In this document: one piece after another, positions 17,360 through 30,569 of the stretch
Position numbering within the stretch: position 1 is the first letter of the stretch
Layout of the letters: each line of letters starts with the position of its first letter
NCBI RefSeq assembly: GCF_006345805.1
Contig: NC_043006.1
Coordinates: forward strand, 66,712,001-66,776,000
Direction of reading: 5' to 3'
DNA: 64,000 bases
Origin: Octopus sinensis
Lineage: Eukaryota
Translations under genes and position numbers: made by a program
Notes under the pieces: model-generated
What the model was told of the DNA's origin: nothing
Database searches by the model: none
Seen by the model: only the letters and a program-made list of their open reading frames with translations

Positions 17360-18190
17360 AGGTTTGGGTGTGCGGTAAGAAGCTTCCTTCCCAACCACAT
17401 GGTTCTAGGTTCAGTCCCACTACATTGTACCATGGGCAAGTGTTTTCTACTATAGCCTCGGGCAGACCAAAGCCTTGTGAGTGGATTTGGTAGGCGGAAA
17501 CTTAACTTAAAGAAGACCGTCGTACATATATATAAGTGTGTGTGTGGAGGCACAATGACCCAGTGGTTAGGGCGGCGTGCTCGCAGTCGGCCTTGTGAGT
17601 GTTTATTGAGCGGAAACACCCAAAGCTCCACGAGGCACCGGCAGGGGGTGGTGGCGAACCCTGCTGTACTCTTTCACCACAACTTTCTCTCACTCTTTCT
17701 TCCTCTTTATGTTGTACCTGGGTTTAAAGGGACCAGCCTTGCCGCACTATGTGTCACACTGAATCTCCCCCGAGAACTACTTTATGGGTGCACGTGTCTG
17801 AGGAGTGCTCAGCCACTTGCACGTTAATTTGACGAGCAGGCTGTTCTGTTGATCAGATCAACTGGAACCCTCATCGTCGTAACCGATGGAGTACCGTAGT
17901 GTATGTGTGTATGTTTACGCAGTGTATGTGCCTGTGTTTTTGTGTGTGTCTTCGTGTTTGCGTTTGTCCCCCACTACCTCTTGACAACCGATGTTGGTGT
18001 GGTTACATCCCAGTAACTTAGAGCTACGGCAAAGAGAACATTAAAATAAGTATCCAAGTCTTTTTTTAAAAAAAGGACCGGGACCGATAGATTCGGCTAA
18101 AATTTTTTAGGAGCAGTGCTCCAGCATGGTCGCAGTCTTATTATTGAAACAAGTAAACCATACGAAATAAAAGACAGAATAAGTAAAAGA
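17360..18190 (+). mobile_element. SINE B interrupted by a SINE C
   Basis: B head 17360-17545 and B 3' part 17897-18190 flank the family C copy, which sits in the internal (GT)n. Confidence 0.75.
17546..17895 (+). mobile_element. tRNA-derived SINE family C
   Basis: GGAGGCACAATGACCCAGTGGTTAG head and 3' tail GGAGTGCTCAGCCACTTGCACGTTAATT..CGTCGTAACCGATGGAGT, shared with copies at 23, 26.8, 29.6, 49 and 58 kb. Confidence 0.8.
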
Positions 18191-18382
18191 AACATGAAGG
18201 AATTGTGGTCGATTGGGTCCACTGAACCCTTCAATGCGGTTTTTCGTTTGGGTTTTTATAATCACCGAGTGGACAAGGTCTGTATACTTTTATCGTAATT
18301 TTCTTTTACTTGTTTTTGTCATTCGACAGCGACCTTGCTGGAGTACCGCCTTATCGGGTTTAAGTTGAAGAAATCGTCCCCA

Positions 18383-18524
18383 GGAGTGGATCTGTGGTAA
18401 TTAGCTTGCTTACCAATCACATGGTTCCAGGTTCAGTCCCACCGCATGGGATCTTGGGCAAGTGTATTCTGCTATAACCTCGGGCCGACCAAAGCCCTGT
18501 GAGAGGATTTGGTACACGGAAACT
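18383..18524 (+). mobile_element. SINE B 5' part
   Basis: GGAGTGGATCTGTGGTAA..GGTTCAGTCCCAC..GGAAACT, cut off by the Tx1 fragment. Confidence 0.75.
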
Positions 18525-19388
18525 CGCAACATTCTCGCGGTGTCTCTAGTCCGTTCCGGAGTACTTTCCGATTGGGAACTAACATGGATAATTTCCAGAT
18601 ATGCTTGACCTGGCAGTGCTATCGGAGGAGGGGCGCTAGCGGTTTGAGATAAGCTCTATAGGCACGGATGTGCTGTCAGGCGAGCTTGGCCAAGGTGCGC
18701 GCTGAGTAACGAAACCGTTCTGCACATCTTCGTTCAGTGTCCAGGCATTGCTGTCTTGTGAGGTTATGTCGAACATCTTCTGTTACGTGTGGAACGGATC
18801 CGACTGTTGGCTGAGTCTGTAGTAATGATCACACCGCCTCTCTCCTTCAATCGGGCAGGCAAGGCAGTTTTCCTTTGTCTGTTGTTTGTGGCGGAAGAGG
18901 CTGTTTGGTGGACAAGGCTGAAAGGCATGAGAACAGATACATTGTTCTTTGTGGTGGAACTCTCACTGACTTCAAGTTTCACTCGAAAAGGAAACTGAGA
19001 GTGGAGAGGAAAGTGCTGTCCTCGAGTGAGTTTATTGAAAGGTGAGTGAAAGTTGCGAAAATGGCTAGGGAGGATGGTACCTCTCTATGTGTAAACCTGT
19101 GAGACGGAGAGGAAGAAATAGAAGAATGCACTTGCTCCTGGGTTTTCAGGGAAATTTCTGTGAAATTTTGACTATCCCTAGAAACATTCCTGTATCATTC
19201 TCTATCATTCTCCGCGCCACTTTTTTGTATGCTATACACATGTCCCTTCTTTTCCAGTACATACAGTGTATACTTTCTTTCTTTCTTTGTTTCACTTTTT
19301 TAAAATCATTTCATATTATGTAAATCCCCACACTTTATGTCTGTCTTTGTATTGTCCCCCTATCCTTCGCCCTTTTAGGAAATAAATG

Positions 19389-19390
<2 letters not shown>
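18525..19390 (+). mobile_element. Tx1/L1-clade LINE, 5'-truncated (zf-RVT C-terminus and 3' UTR)
   Basis: WQCYRRRALAV*DKLYRHG..PRCALSNETVLHIFVQCP..AEEAVWWTRLKG. AATAAA at 19381, then (ATC)n. Confidence 0.75.
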
Positions 19391-19441
<51 letters not shown>

Positions 19442-19473
19442 GTCATCATCATCATCACCATCATCACCACCAC

Positions 19474-19530
<57 letters not shown>

Positions 19531-19894
19531 CATCATCACCATCGTTATTCGACAATTGGTAGTTTCAGGTAGATTATCTACTGCATCACCTACTACACCT
19601 CCGTGTTGCCGAGGTGTGTGTGCTGGCATTGTGTGTTCTATTTTGTTGTTAGGCGAATACAAACTCTTCCTGGTATTGTATAGCATCCGATTTTTTTCCT
19701 TTTTTTGTTATGGAATTTGGTTACAGTTTTCGGTTGTATTGTTGTTTGTATTGAGTGTTGTGTATATAATGCCAGTTGGTTTTCTTCCGTTGGGTATCCG
19801 ACCTGTATAGTACATGTTGTGCAGGAAGGGGGGGGGGCTTATTTTATTGGATATTTACTGCATAGACTGTGTCTTGTGCTTGTGAATGAATTGC

Positions 19895-19959
<65 letters not shown>

Positions 19960-20344
19960 CAAGTGCATCATACTTCCTGTTTTGTATATATTTTAATTGT
20001 TGGATGTTTCATATTTTTCGCCTTCTTGTTCTTTATTAAGCTTTATTAATCTTTTTTTAAACTTTATATCCGAGAATCTGAGAAGCGTGTCTGTTTACAT
20101 TAGTGCTCACAGCATTCTGTCGAACAGCGTTCTCACTTTTTTTTTCAGATGAAGCCATAGTGCATACCTTTCTTAGTTAACCTTGTGTAGGTAATATCAA
20201 AATGTAAAAATCTTCAAATACAAACCGTATTTCCCTTGCCAAATGTATACTGGGTGGATATATCAATATTCCAAAACTTATCGTGTACGTATTCTAAATG
20301 TAACTTTTCATATTGGATATGTGATAAATATCGTTTTCAAATTC

Positions 20345-20515
20345 TGGCACAACGTCAGTAATTTCGAGGAAGGTGCCCTATTCGATTACATCTCTACCGA
20401 GAGGATGAAAGGCAAAGTCCACGTCGCAGGAATTTGAACTCAAAACGTAAAGGTGGACGAGATAGAGCTAAGCATTTTGCCTGACGTGCTAACGATTCTG
20501 CTAGCTCGCCGTCTT
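20345..20515 (-). mobile_element. SINE A
   Basis: Reverse complement of the family A head and body (GGAATTTGAACTC..GCTAGCTCGCC). Confidence 0.75.
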
Positions 20516-20764
20516 AAACGTGGTAAATATTGGCCTATAGGGTGCCTGGAGCTTGTCGTGTAGCAGAACCTGTTCTGGATTTCGAACTTTTGAAATAACT
20601 CGACCAGATCATCGATGAAAAATGCCAACCTCTTCATTAACATCTTGACGAAAATCTAAAACTATGCGTTTATCAGGGTTATAGGTCGAAAGCTGTCTTT
20701 TATGTCAGAGCCCTTTCTCACTAATACTACCATTCCCGGATGACAGTAAAGATACCCTAAATCA

Positions 20765-21075
20765 CGAACAAATATGGGATTGCACCTAAAAAGTTCCCTT
20801 CCGAGACTCAAGTGTGCAAGGTTGTTTGTGGAAGACCAGCAGTCGCCCATGCACACACATCACCCATCTCCACGCCACCGATGTTGTCTAAGGGAAAGGC
20901 TGATACAGCCAGGCCCCAGTGACGTCGCAATTCATTTCTACTGCTGTGTGAACTGGAGTAACGTGTAAATAACGTGCTTTGCTGAAGAAAACAACGCACA
21001 AGCCGGTCCGGGAATCGAACTCACAACTCACGGTTGTAAACCCGATGCTCTAGCCACTGAGCAATGTGGCTTCAC
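20765..21075 (-). mobile_element. tRNA-derived SINE family D
   Basis: Reverse-complement match to 21990-22328; GGGAATCGAACTC B box. Confidence 0.75.
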
Positions 21076-21419
21076 AATATAGTAGTGATGAATATGTATA
21101 AAGATACACATTGTATAAATGAAGATATTTAAGAGTAAATTTATAAAGATTCCAAGTCAACTATAGACAGAGATGCGAGAAGCCCTCCCATTAAGAAAAA
21201 CGAGTGCATCCTATATCATTTGGTTCCACCTCGTTCAGCATTTGAGATATTTCTATCATTATAGTGAACAGCATACGCAACAGCTAAATATTTGTCTGGA
21301 ATAATCGGTCTTCGAGCCTTTCTTCCGGCATTGTACCAATGCTTTATGATTTTGTAGATCTATGAGCAGTTGCTTGTCCAAAGCGAACCCAAACAACATC
21401 ATAGGAAGTCAGATCGTTG

Positions 21420-21600
21420 GTGCTCACTTATCACTACTGGGCCAGAAGTTGGTTTCAAATTTTGACACAAAGCCAGCAATTTTGGGAGAAGGCATAAATC
21501 GATTACATCGATCCCAGTGCACTACTGGTACTTATTTTATCCTCACTGAAAATATGAAACGCAAAGTCGACCTCGGCGACATTTGAACTCGTTATGCGCC
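21420..21600 (-). mobile_element. SINE A, 3' part
   Basis: AAAGTCGACCTCGGCGACATTTGAACTC. Confidence 0.65.
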
Positions 21601-21989
21601 AAATATTACCACGAACCAGAAGCCGATATCGTCACTGATGCCATTTTCAAACGTCCACATGTTCCACTGTTCCAAATGCTGTGGAACTAGACTACAGGTA
21701 GATACATCAATCACCTACAGAGCCCTTCAGTTTTCCTGAACAATGTATATTGTGTCATATGCCTTCTTTCACCCTATTTATGAGATTTCGTCTGCGTGTT
21801 AGTAAGGAAAGCCTTCAGAGGTTCTTTGAAGGGACCCATATCTTTGGTAAGACACAGGTAACTCGACCATATTTGTATCTCATATATGTACAGAGAAACA
21901 CTAGTTTCATGACATAATATTACGTTCAAATCCTCACGAATACATGCTTCTCAATAAGCGCCATTTGGTTAAAAGCACTTTTGTAGAGT

Positions 21990-22328
21990 GGAGGTGCATG
22001 GCACGGTGGTTAGAGCGTCGACCTTACGAGCGTGAGGTTGTGAGATCGAATTCCGGATCATGCTGTGTGTTGTGTTCTTGAGGAAGACTCTTTATTTCAC
22101 ATTGCTCCAATTCATTCGTCTGTAGAAATGAGTTGCGATGTCACTGGTGCCAAGCTGTATCGGCCTTTGCTTTTCCCTTGGATAACACTGGTGGCATGGA
22201 GAGAGGAGGCCAGTATGCATAGGCAACTGCTGGTCTTCCATAAAACAACCTTGCTCGGACTTGTGCCTGAGGTGGGGTAACTTTCTAGGTGCAATCCCAT
22301 GGTCAGTCATGACCGAAGGGGGTCTCAA
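21990..22328 (+). mobile_element. tRNA-derived SINE family D (CORE-like centre)
   Basis: TGGCACGGTGGTTAGAGCG A box, GATCGAATTCCGG B box, GTGTTCTTGAGGAAGACTCTTTATTTCAC central block. Confidence 0.8.
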
Positions 22329-22621
22329 CTTTTGTAGAAAAACAGACAATGACCTGGATTCGCAAGAATTTCTATAAATTAGATAAATTGCACGTTAGTA
22401 TGCCTTTTTTCCTTCCTTCTTGTGAAACCTGTTGTACAGTGAAATGTTATTAATATTTTAGAATTCTTTCGCATAGTACAATTTCATATTTGTATTGCTG
22501 CTAACTTTAGTGTTGATGATGATGATGATGCCATCATCGTTTATTTCAACGTTGCTGTTGTTGTTGTTGTTGCTGTTATGGTCGTTCTTGCCCCCTTGCC
22601 TACTTGATCCTTTTTAATACA

Positions 22622-22842
22622 TACTAGTGGCTGCTGAAAAGTTCCTAGCTTTAAGAGTATTGCGAAAAGCGTGGTTGGTGACCCAAAACTCCGAGTTCTT
22701 TTACAGGGCTTAGAAAAACTGAAGGACCGATGCAATAAGTGTGTGAATCTGAGAGGGGAATATGTTGAATAAAATTATAATTAACTGATCCTTCTGTATT
22801 TTCTTTTACTCAAATCCAGGAACATTTAAGCGCCTCCTCTTA
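22622..22842 (+). mobile_element. Short non-autonomous mariner
   Basis: TA-flanked TIR-like ends (GCTGCTGAAAAGTTCC / GGAACATTTAAGCG). Encodes the transposase C-terminus GLEKLKDRCNKCVNLRGEYVE*. Confidence 0.8.
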
Positions 22843-22879
22843 TATGTGTTCCAAGTTCCTTTCTTTTTCTTGTTGCCGA

Positions 22880-23175
22880 AGGTGGCGTTAAGTCGTTAAG
22901 GTATTCCTTCCTAGACTGTAAGGGCATTAGTTTGAAACCAGGTGGCGCGTTTTGTATTTGAGCAAGACAGATTATTTCTGGTTATTGCAGTCCACTCAGA
23001 AAAAATTAGTTTTACCTGCAATTCAAAAGGCCAACTTTGTCCCATTCTGTGTCTCACTGAATCTCTCAGAACTACGTTAAATGTACGCTCGAGTCATTTG
23101 CAAGTTAATTTCACGAACAAGCTGTTCTGTTAATCGAATATACGGGAACACTCGTCGTCGTAACTGACGGAGAGC
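22880..23175 (+). mobile_element. Degenerate SINE C
   Basis: TTGAGCAAGACAG..CAGTCCACTCAG..TTAATTTCACGAACAAGCTGTT..GTCGTCGTAACTGACGGAG. Confidence 0.65.
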
Positions 23176-23514
23176 TAGTTCTTCTTTTCTTTTCGTTGCT
23201 GTTTATTAGTGTTCTTGGGAGCTGGCTGGTGGGAATTTGGAACAGCCGTATTTAAATAGTTAAGAAAAGCCAAGGCAGCGAAGTAATATATAAAACCATG
23301 AATCTATAAATCTGTCAAAAATATGGTTGACTTTCAGAAAGATGTAATATCTTTGATTCAAATACTCTAAAATCTGAAAAAGAAATTCAATTACACATGA
23401 TCTAAATCCACATGTTGGAGCGACCGAGCGAACAGACGACTTGTCAGCGCGAGTAACAGCAAAAGTACAAAGAAAACAATAGCAGGGATCATGAGATTCC
23501 TTTCTGTTATAGGA

Positions 23515-23702
23515 ACAAGGCCCACAGTTTTCGAAAGGGGATTGTATCGGTCACAGTGCTGTGCTGCTACTTATTTTATCGAAACCTGAAGGATGAAAAG
23601 CAAAGGTGACTCGATAGAATTTGAACTCAAAACGTAACGAAGGACGGAATACCATTAAGCATTTTGCCCGGCGTGTTAACGATTCTGCCAGCTCGCTGCC
23701 TT
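23515..23702 (-). mobile_element. SINE A
   Basis: GAATTTGAACTCAAAACGTAA..TTCTGCCAGCTCGCTGCC. Confidence 0.75.
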
Positions 23703-23724
23703 ATTTTAGATAAATACTGATTTC

Positions 23725-24175
23725 AGTAAATATTCTGTTCAATACCACAGATTTGCTTCTCAGTTATTTGACCCTAACCAGTTGAGCATTTCCCTTAGTG
23801 GATGACGATATGTGCATCTCTAATCACGAGCAGGAGTAGTGGAGGAACATCATAGCCATGTGTTGAGAGGAATTCTTTAGGGTTTGGATAATTCAACTCT
23901 GGAAGCATGAGTGTTTCGTTCAACATCCTTAAGCAACCCTTATTCAGAGACCTTTTCAGCGGGATGGGCTACTCCACATGAAGAAAATTCTAACTGGGCC
24001 CCACCTGCAAAGTCATGCGTTGTTTATCTTGCTATGAAATTACCATGTGGCGCACGTATGGTTGTGAGGCATGTGCCTGGCGTCCCCTTATCAGACGAGT
24101 AGTCATGATGGGTATACTGAGCTTCGTATATTTTACCCCAGTGTCACTTTGATAGCATGCGCGGATCTTTCACTC
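23725..24175 (+). mobile_element. Element E, 5'-truncated copy
   Basis: Homologous to 10690-11238; ends CACTC(AAT)n. Confidence 0.65.
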
Positions 24176-24239
24176 AATAATGTTAATAATAATAATAATA
24201 ATGATAATAATAATAATAATAATAATAATGATAACTGTT

Positions 24240-25990
24240 GTAATTTAATCATCCATAGTCTTATATGATATTTCGGAATAAAAATTCCTTCTTCAGATAT
24301 CCCTAAGGAATTGATGGAGTCGCTGCTATAATCGGTTTTCCAACGGCCTCTCTGTATTTTTTTTCCGGAAGCGTCTCAGCAGTGGTCACACGAAGATCCT
24401 TCCGGAACTCCTCATGAAAAGTATGTGAGGTCAGCCACATCACAATCTCGTGTGGCTGGCACATCCGTAGCGCTGCTTCTAAGTTGTGCAGCTTCCTTTT
24501 TTCCCTTTCTTTTATTTTCTCTTTTTTTTTGGGGGGGGGGCTACAAACAATACGAGCATGTTATCAAAAATGAACCTACACGCATCCAGATGTAGCTAAA
24601 TACTATATTGATTACCAACCTCCAGCCTGTTGTTAATTCGGGGCCCTTGTCTGTGTATGAGTATAGCTTCCTTAATTCTTAAATTACCCAAGTTTCTTTC
24701 ATTGGCCTCAATTGTGACTGTTATGCTTTTGTCGGTGTTCCAGCATTCGTCTAGATGTTTTCTAAAGGAGGAGGCTCTTGTTTTCAGATATTCTTTGATG
24801 CGGACGTGTAACGGTCTTGTTGTGCTACCAACATAGAACTTGTTGCATTTGTTACATTGTATTCTATACACAACATTTACTCGTTGGCATAAATCTGTGT
24901 CACGGATGGGACAGTTTGTTAGTGTGCATTGATTGTCGTCCCTTGTTCGTTTCTTTGCGAGGTGCCTTATAGTGCATTATTGTGCCATTGAAAACATTTT
25001 ATTTTTTACAAACAATACACAATGCTTCAAGCGAAATATAATACTCTGCAATAATAATAACAATGGGTTCTGATTTAGCAATTTTGAGAAAAGATGGTGA
25101 GCCAATGCAATAGACAGCACACTTGACTATACTTTATTTTATGGACTCTTAAAAGGCAATGCTAACCTTAAAAGTTAAAACAATCCCGTTACTGTAATCT
25201 CTCTATAACATTGTTCTCTTTTGAGGGAGATTATTACTGAATTAGATGTGTAATATCCTGCAAGGCTAATAGTTAAAGTGATGAGTTATTTTTGCTTTCT
25301 ACCTATTACGAAAAGAGTTGATTTGTTGTGCGTGTCTATTAGTAAACGTATTTTGTGATAACCCGATATAATTTCACTTGATACAACCTCCAAATTAATT
25401 TTTAGGCAGACAGCATTCGCTCCTCGGAGACGCATATCTATTGAATGGATAAAGGATTGTATTTGTGCGTTATCATTCCAGTATCGGGTTATACTTGTTT
25501 TTAGACGTGTAGTTAAAAAAGTTGTTTCGATTTGGCAAAACCGCGACGTTTTCCATACCAATTTAGATTTTCAGTCGTTGTATTTGACAGTTAATGCTAT
25601 TTAAGGTTGATAAGGAAAATATTGTTATCCACTTTAGGACATTTGTGGCTATGTTGGTCGATAAATTTCCGGTAAAGGTTATCTTCTACGAAATGTTTTT
25701 TTGCCCGTTGCTGGTATTTTTTAGGTGGATATTGTTCGGTTTCTCTTTAAATCTGCTTTTTCTCAACTCATAATTACATAAAGCATGATCAGATATTTTT
25801 CAATGGCGGTCAAACATTAATAGATATTCGTACGATTGTAGGCGAACGGTTAGAATGCCATTTTATGCATTACAAATATTCTTTTGGTTTCATTAACCAT
25901 AGCGTTTACCAATAGTTTAGGACTTACGTAATACCCAAAAATTTTGTCGGTGCTCAAATTAGTTTTGACTTCGAGATTCGGTCAGAAATA
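24240..25990 (-). mobile_element. Penelope-like element remnant: RT thumb, GIY-YIG endonuclease and 3' hammerhead
   Basis: KFLGIT..KP..CIKWHSNRSP (25.8-25.95 kb). NCPI..LCQRVNVVYRIQCNKCNKFYVGSTTRPLHVRIKE..LRIKEAILI..PRIN (24596-24920). HHR motif about 300 bp downstream. Confidence 0.75.
24263..24300 (-). ncRNA. Minimal type I hammerhead motif (loopless stem III, AUC site)
   Basis: AUAU-CUGAAGA-A-GGAAU uuuu AUUCC-GAAAU-AUC-AUAU. Stem I is only 4 bp. Confidence 0.55.
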
Positions 25991-26519
25991 TATATTTCAG
26001 AGAGTGACTGATGTGTACAAACCTACCAACTTACATTTCATAGCTACGCATGATTCACAGCTCGTTGTTTATCAACCAAGAGAAAATTAAGTCAATCTGG
26101 GAGCATCTGTAGGGTCGTAAGCCTGTTAAAATTAAAAATCTACGTATAAATAGTGGGCGGAGGGTTATCTCCTGCCACACGACTATTTTATGTCAGGAAC
26201 GTCATATGTTCACCCCATATGTTCTCATTCTGCCTAAGCCATAATTACAGGTTTTGGCGAACATGATATACAAACCGTTAGTCTGCAGAACCACGTGGTT
26301 TCTTGCTGCCTTCTACGGGTTTATTTATAACTACGGAAAGAACTCCCTTCACATTCTTCTTCCAAACCCGTGAACCGAATATGTAAACTTGCCTCTTGAA
26401 CTCAACGCCTAGCCTTAGCGAAAGCAACAGCACCACCAACAACAACAATTACTGCTTCTTTTTCTTCTTCTTCTTCTTCTTCTTCTTCTTCTTCTTCTTC
26501 TTCTTCTTCTTCTTCTCTT

Positions 26520-26565
<46 letters not shown>

Positions 26566-26734
26566 TACTACTACTACTAATACTACTACTATACCAGCAA
26601 GGAAAAATCAGGGACAAAGTCAACAACATCGGTAGCTACACCAATGAGAATATTCAGGAATCACGCGGAAACGGAAGGGATATTAAAAGAAATGCAGTTA
26701 CCAACGCTTCATTTAATACCAAGACCTTTAACTA

Positions 26735-27050
26735 GCACTAAGTCGGTTACTACGAAGAGGGTTCCAGTTCATCTGATCAACAAAACAACAGTCTGCTTGT
26801 GAAATTAACGCGTAAGTGTCTGAGCACCCTACAGACACGTGTACCCATAACGTAGTTCTCAGGGAGAATCAGCGTGACACAATGTGACAAGGCTGGCCCT
26901 TTGAAATACAGGTATCACTCACTTTTGCCAGCTGAGAAGACTGGAGCAACGTGAAATAAAGTGTCTTGCTCAAGGACACAACACCTCGCCGGGAATTGAA
27001 GTCACGACCTTTCGACCATCGGCCGAATACTTTAACCACGAAGCCACACA
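26735..27050 (-). mobile_element. SINE C
   Basis: Reverse complement of the family C tail and head (GGGAATTGAAGTCACGACC..TTTAACCAC). Confidence 0.75.
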
Positions 27051-27414
27051 TGTTCTCGTGGGTTTCTTTACGGTTTACGTTGCTCGTCCCCTATTCCTCC
27101 AAGTTTATATTTGAGGCACAGATACCATTTAACCTTTAGAAATGAAAACTGACTCAGGAGACATCCAAGCATAACCACTCACAGATCGGCCAGTGTGAGA
27201 CATGCTTCGGGATCAGCCCTCTTACGTGTCTTGTTTATCTTAGCCACACAACCAGCCTTTGCTCTTCGACCAATAGCAGGATCCCATGACAAGTATTTCC
27301 ATCTCGAGCCAGAGAAGATCTAAGAGTTGTACACAAGGTATCGAACTCCGGAGTAGAGTAGGGGCCTCACTAACGGATGCAGAGTTTTGTCTTGCCTAGA
27401 ATATATTCTTTTTT

Positions 27415-28110
27415 ACTCTGGGCACAAGGCCTGAAGTTTTTGGTGAGGGAGCCAGTTGATTAGATCGAGCTCAATACTCAACTAGTACTTAATTTATCGA
27501 CCCCGAAAAGATGAAACGTAAAGTCGACCTCGGCGGAAATTGAACTCAGAACGTAAAGACAGCCGAAACACAGCTAAGCATTTCACTCAGCATGCTAACG
27601 TTTCTTATTTCTTTATTGCCCACAAGGGGCTAAGCATAGAGGGGACAAGCAAGGACAGACAAACTGATTAAGTCGATTACCGACCTCAGTGCGTAACTGG
27701 TACTTAATTTAACGACCCCAAAGGGATGAAAAGCAATGTCGACCTCGGCGGAATTTGAACTCTGAACATAAAGACAGACGCAATACTGCTAAGTATTTCA
27801 CCCGGCGTGCTAACGTTTCTGCCAGCTCGTCACCTTCCTGCCTAGAATATAATATTCTATATTTTGTTGTATGTCGGGAAGATCATTAAGCCAATAATCC
27901 TTTCTGCTGGAAGCACGATGCCTGAAATTTGGGAGAAGGGATTAAGTCGTTTATTTCCACCCCAGAGTTCAATTGGTATTTATTTAATCGACCCCGAAAG
28001 GATGAAAGGCGAAGTCGATCTCGGTGGAATTTAAACTCAGAATGTCGCGGCAGACGAAACACCGCAAAGCATTTCGCCCAGTGTGCTAACGATTCTACCA
28101 GCTCGCTGCC
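27415..28110 (-). mobile_element. Three adjacent SINE A copies (about 27415-27605, 27600-27835, 27890-28110)
   Basis: Repeated AAAGTCGACCTCGGCGGAA.TTGAACTCAG blocks with substitutions between copies. Confidence 0.8.
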
Positions 28111-28409
28111 TTCATTAAGCAAATAATAAAAACAGGCACTAGTGCTATTTGACAATGCTATGCCTTCTCTATTCCAGGTCTGTTTCAAGTCTGTCTGTTT
28201 TTGAGAGAGACAGATGGCATTGTGAGCGGCGACAAAATGACTTTGACATGGCTCTATGATTGGTTGATTAAATAGACGATTAAATAGTCCACTAATTGAC
28301 AAATGAATAATAGAGAAGTGAACTTACGCAAGAAAAGTATGATGAACCACTCAATCTTTTTCAACACGTGTAATCTTTCAAATCGAAAACGAAATAGTCT
28401 ATCTTTCTG

Positions 28410-28862
28410 TCTTTTATATTTTTTCCCTGATTCAATCACTGAACTGCAGCCATGCAGGGGCACCGTATTGAAGTGATCAGTCGCAAAATAAATCGATTCT
28501 AGTATTTATTTTTTAACGTCTGTTACTTATCGTCTGTTACTTATCGTCTGTCACTCATCGTCTCTTACTTACCGTCTGTTACTATCGTCTGTTACTTATC
28601 ATCTGTTACTTATTTCTTTTGCAGATTCACTCATTTATGGAGTCGTAAGTAACCCAAAAACTGTTGTCAAACGGTAGTGGAGGAGAAAAACATCATAAAC
28701 ACGAAGACGCACACACAAAAACACACGCACGCATACACACGAAGTGACTCAGAAGGATTTGGTTGGCCCGCAGCCAAAGTAGAAGTCACTCGAGCAAGTT
28801 GTTGCATATTAAGACATACATCAACAGCGCAAGGTTGGAGAATAAGCTTTTCAACCACACAG
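28410..28862 (-). mobile_element. Degenerate SINE B containing a 14-bp minisatellite
   Basis: GCAGCCATGC..TGTTGTCAAAC..TTTTCAACCACACAGCTAC; (CGTCTGTTACTTAT)x7 at 28517-28613. Confidence 0.6.
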
Positions 28863-29578
28863 CTACGCCTACGCATGAAATCAAAATTAAAGTAAAAAAG
28901 AAAAAAACCCCAGAAAATCAGGTCTGACCAAGTGTTGAATGCAATTGATCATAAATCTCCACAGTTTGGTCTTTCCCAACAGTTATAATCCAGGAGAATC
29001 TATCTGGAGAGACATTCTAACATGCGTTGTTATAGCTATGCTGATGCCATTAATTCTAATGAATTTCTAACGAAACACTTGGGCATTTTTGAAGGAGAGA
29101 TTTAGCTATCAAGATATAAAATGCTACTTCTATATCAAACCGGATTAAATTGCGTTTTCTGTAATTTTAATGTTAGCAAAACACTTCATTACAGCGATAG
29201 TGTTGTTGAAAAATAATGCTTTTATAGCTTCAATCATTAGGAAATTCACGGAATTTTTCAGAATATATTTGTTTGCTACATTCAACTCATTTCGTGCCGG
29301 ATTTTATTAACAAACGTTTAAGGACTACAAGGGAAAATTTTTATTTAGTTATTTATTTATTCAATTATTTCGTTATTTGTTTATTTCGATAATTGAAGGT
29401 TAGTATAAAAACCTCCTTTATAGATAAAAACTCGAAACAGCCTTCTATATTCAACTAAGCTGACAGTATTTAAGTATTTTCAAATGATTGATAATGTGAT
29501 AAAAGTATTCTCTCACTCTCTCTCTCTTTCTCTTTCCCTCTCTCTCACTCATTATTCATATGTATTATATGAATATAT

Positions 29579-29960
29579 GTGGAGGTATAATGGTCCAGTA
29601 GTTAAGGCAGTGGACTGGCGGTCGTAGGATCGCGGTTTCGGTTCGCAGACCGGGCGTTGTGAGTGTTTATTGAGCGAAAACACCTACAGCTCAACGAGGC
29701 TCCGGCAGGGGGTGGTGGTGAACCCTGCTGTACTCTTTCACCACAACTTTCTCTCACTCTTTCATCCTGTTTCCGTCGTACCTGTATTTCAAAGGGGTTA
29801 GGCTTCTCAGACTCTGTGTCACGCTGAATCACCCCGAGAGCTACGTTAAGGGTACATGTGCCTGTGGAGTGCTCAGCCAGTTGTACTTTAATTTCACGAG
29901 TAGGCTGTTTCGTTGATCGAATCAACTGGAGCCCTCATCGTGGCAACCGACGGAGTACTA
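29579..29960 (+). mobile_element. SINE C
   Basis: TGGTCCAGTAGTTAAGGC A box, GGTTTCGGTTCG B box, family C tail. Confidence 0.8.
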
Positions 29961-30005
29961 CATAAAAAAAATAAATATATAATGTATGTACACACACACA
30001 CACAC

Positions 30006-30074
<69 letters not shown>

Positions 30075-30077
<3 letters not shown>

Positions 30078-30530
30078 CTTCAGTCATTTTGACTGCTGCC
30101 ATGCTGGAGCACTACATTTACCCGAGCAAATCGACCCCAGGACTTATCCTTTGTAAGCCTAGTACTTATTCTATCGAAATCTTTTGCCGATCCGCTCAGT
30201 TCACGAGGACGTAAACAAACAATCATCGGCTGTCAAAAAATGTTGGGAGGACAAACACAAACACACAAACATACAGACACGCACACAGACACACACACAC
30301 ACACACACACAAACACACACAAACACACACACACACACACACACATACACCACACACACACACATATATATATACATACATATATACGACGCGCTTTTTT
30401 GATTTTCCGTCTACCAAATCCATTCACAAGGCTTTAGTCGGCCCGAGGCTACAGAAGACACTTGCCCAAGGTGCCACGCAGTGGGAATGAACCCGGAAAC
30501 ACGTGGTTGGTAAGCAAGCTACTTACCACA
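30075..30530 (-). mobile_element. SINE B
   Basis: Full reverse-complement match including the internal (CA)n(TA)n. Confidence 0.85.
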
Positions 30531-30534
30531 CACA

Positions 30535-30569
<35 letters not shown>

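Noticed and set aside
20149-20190. 42-nt segment between TTTTTTTTTCAG and GTAATA
   Set aside because: Stops occur in all three frames; it could only be a non-coding exon, and there is no support for that.
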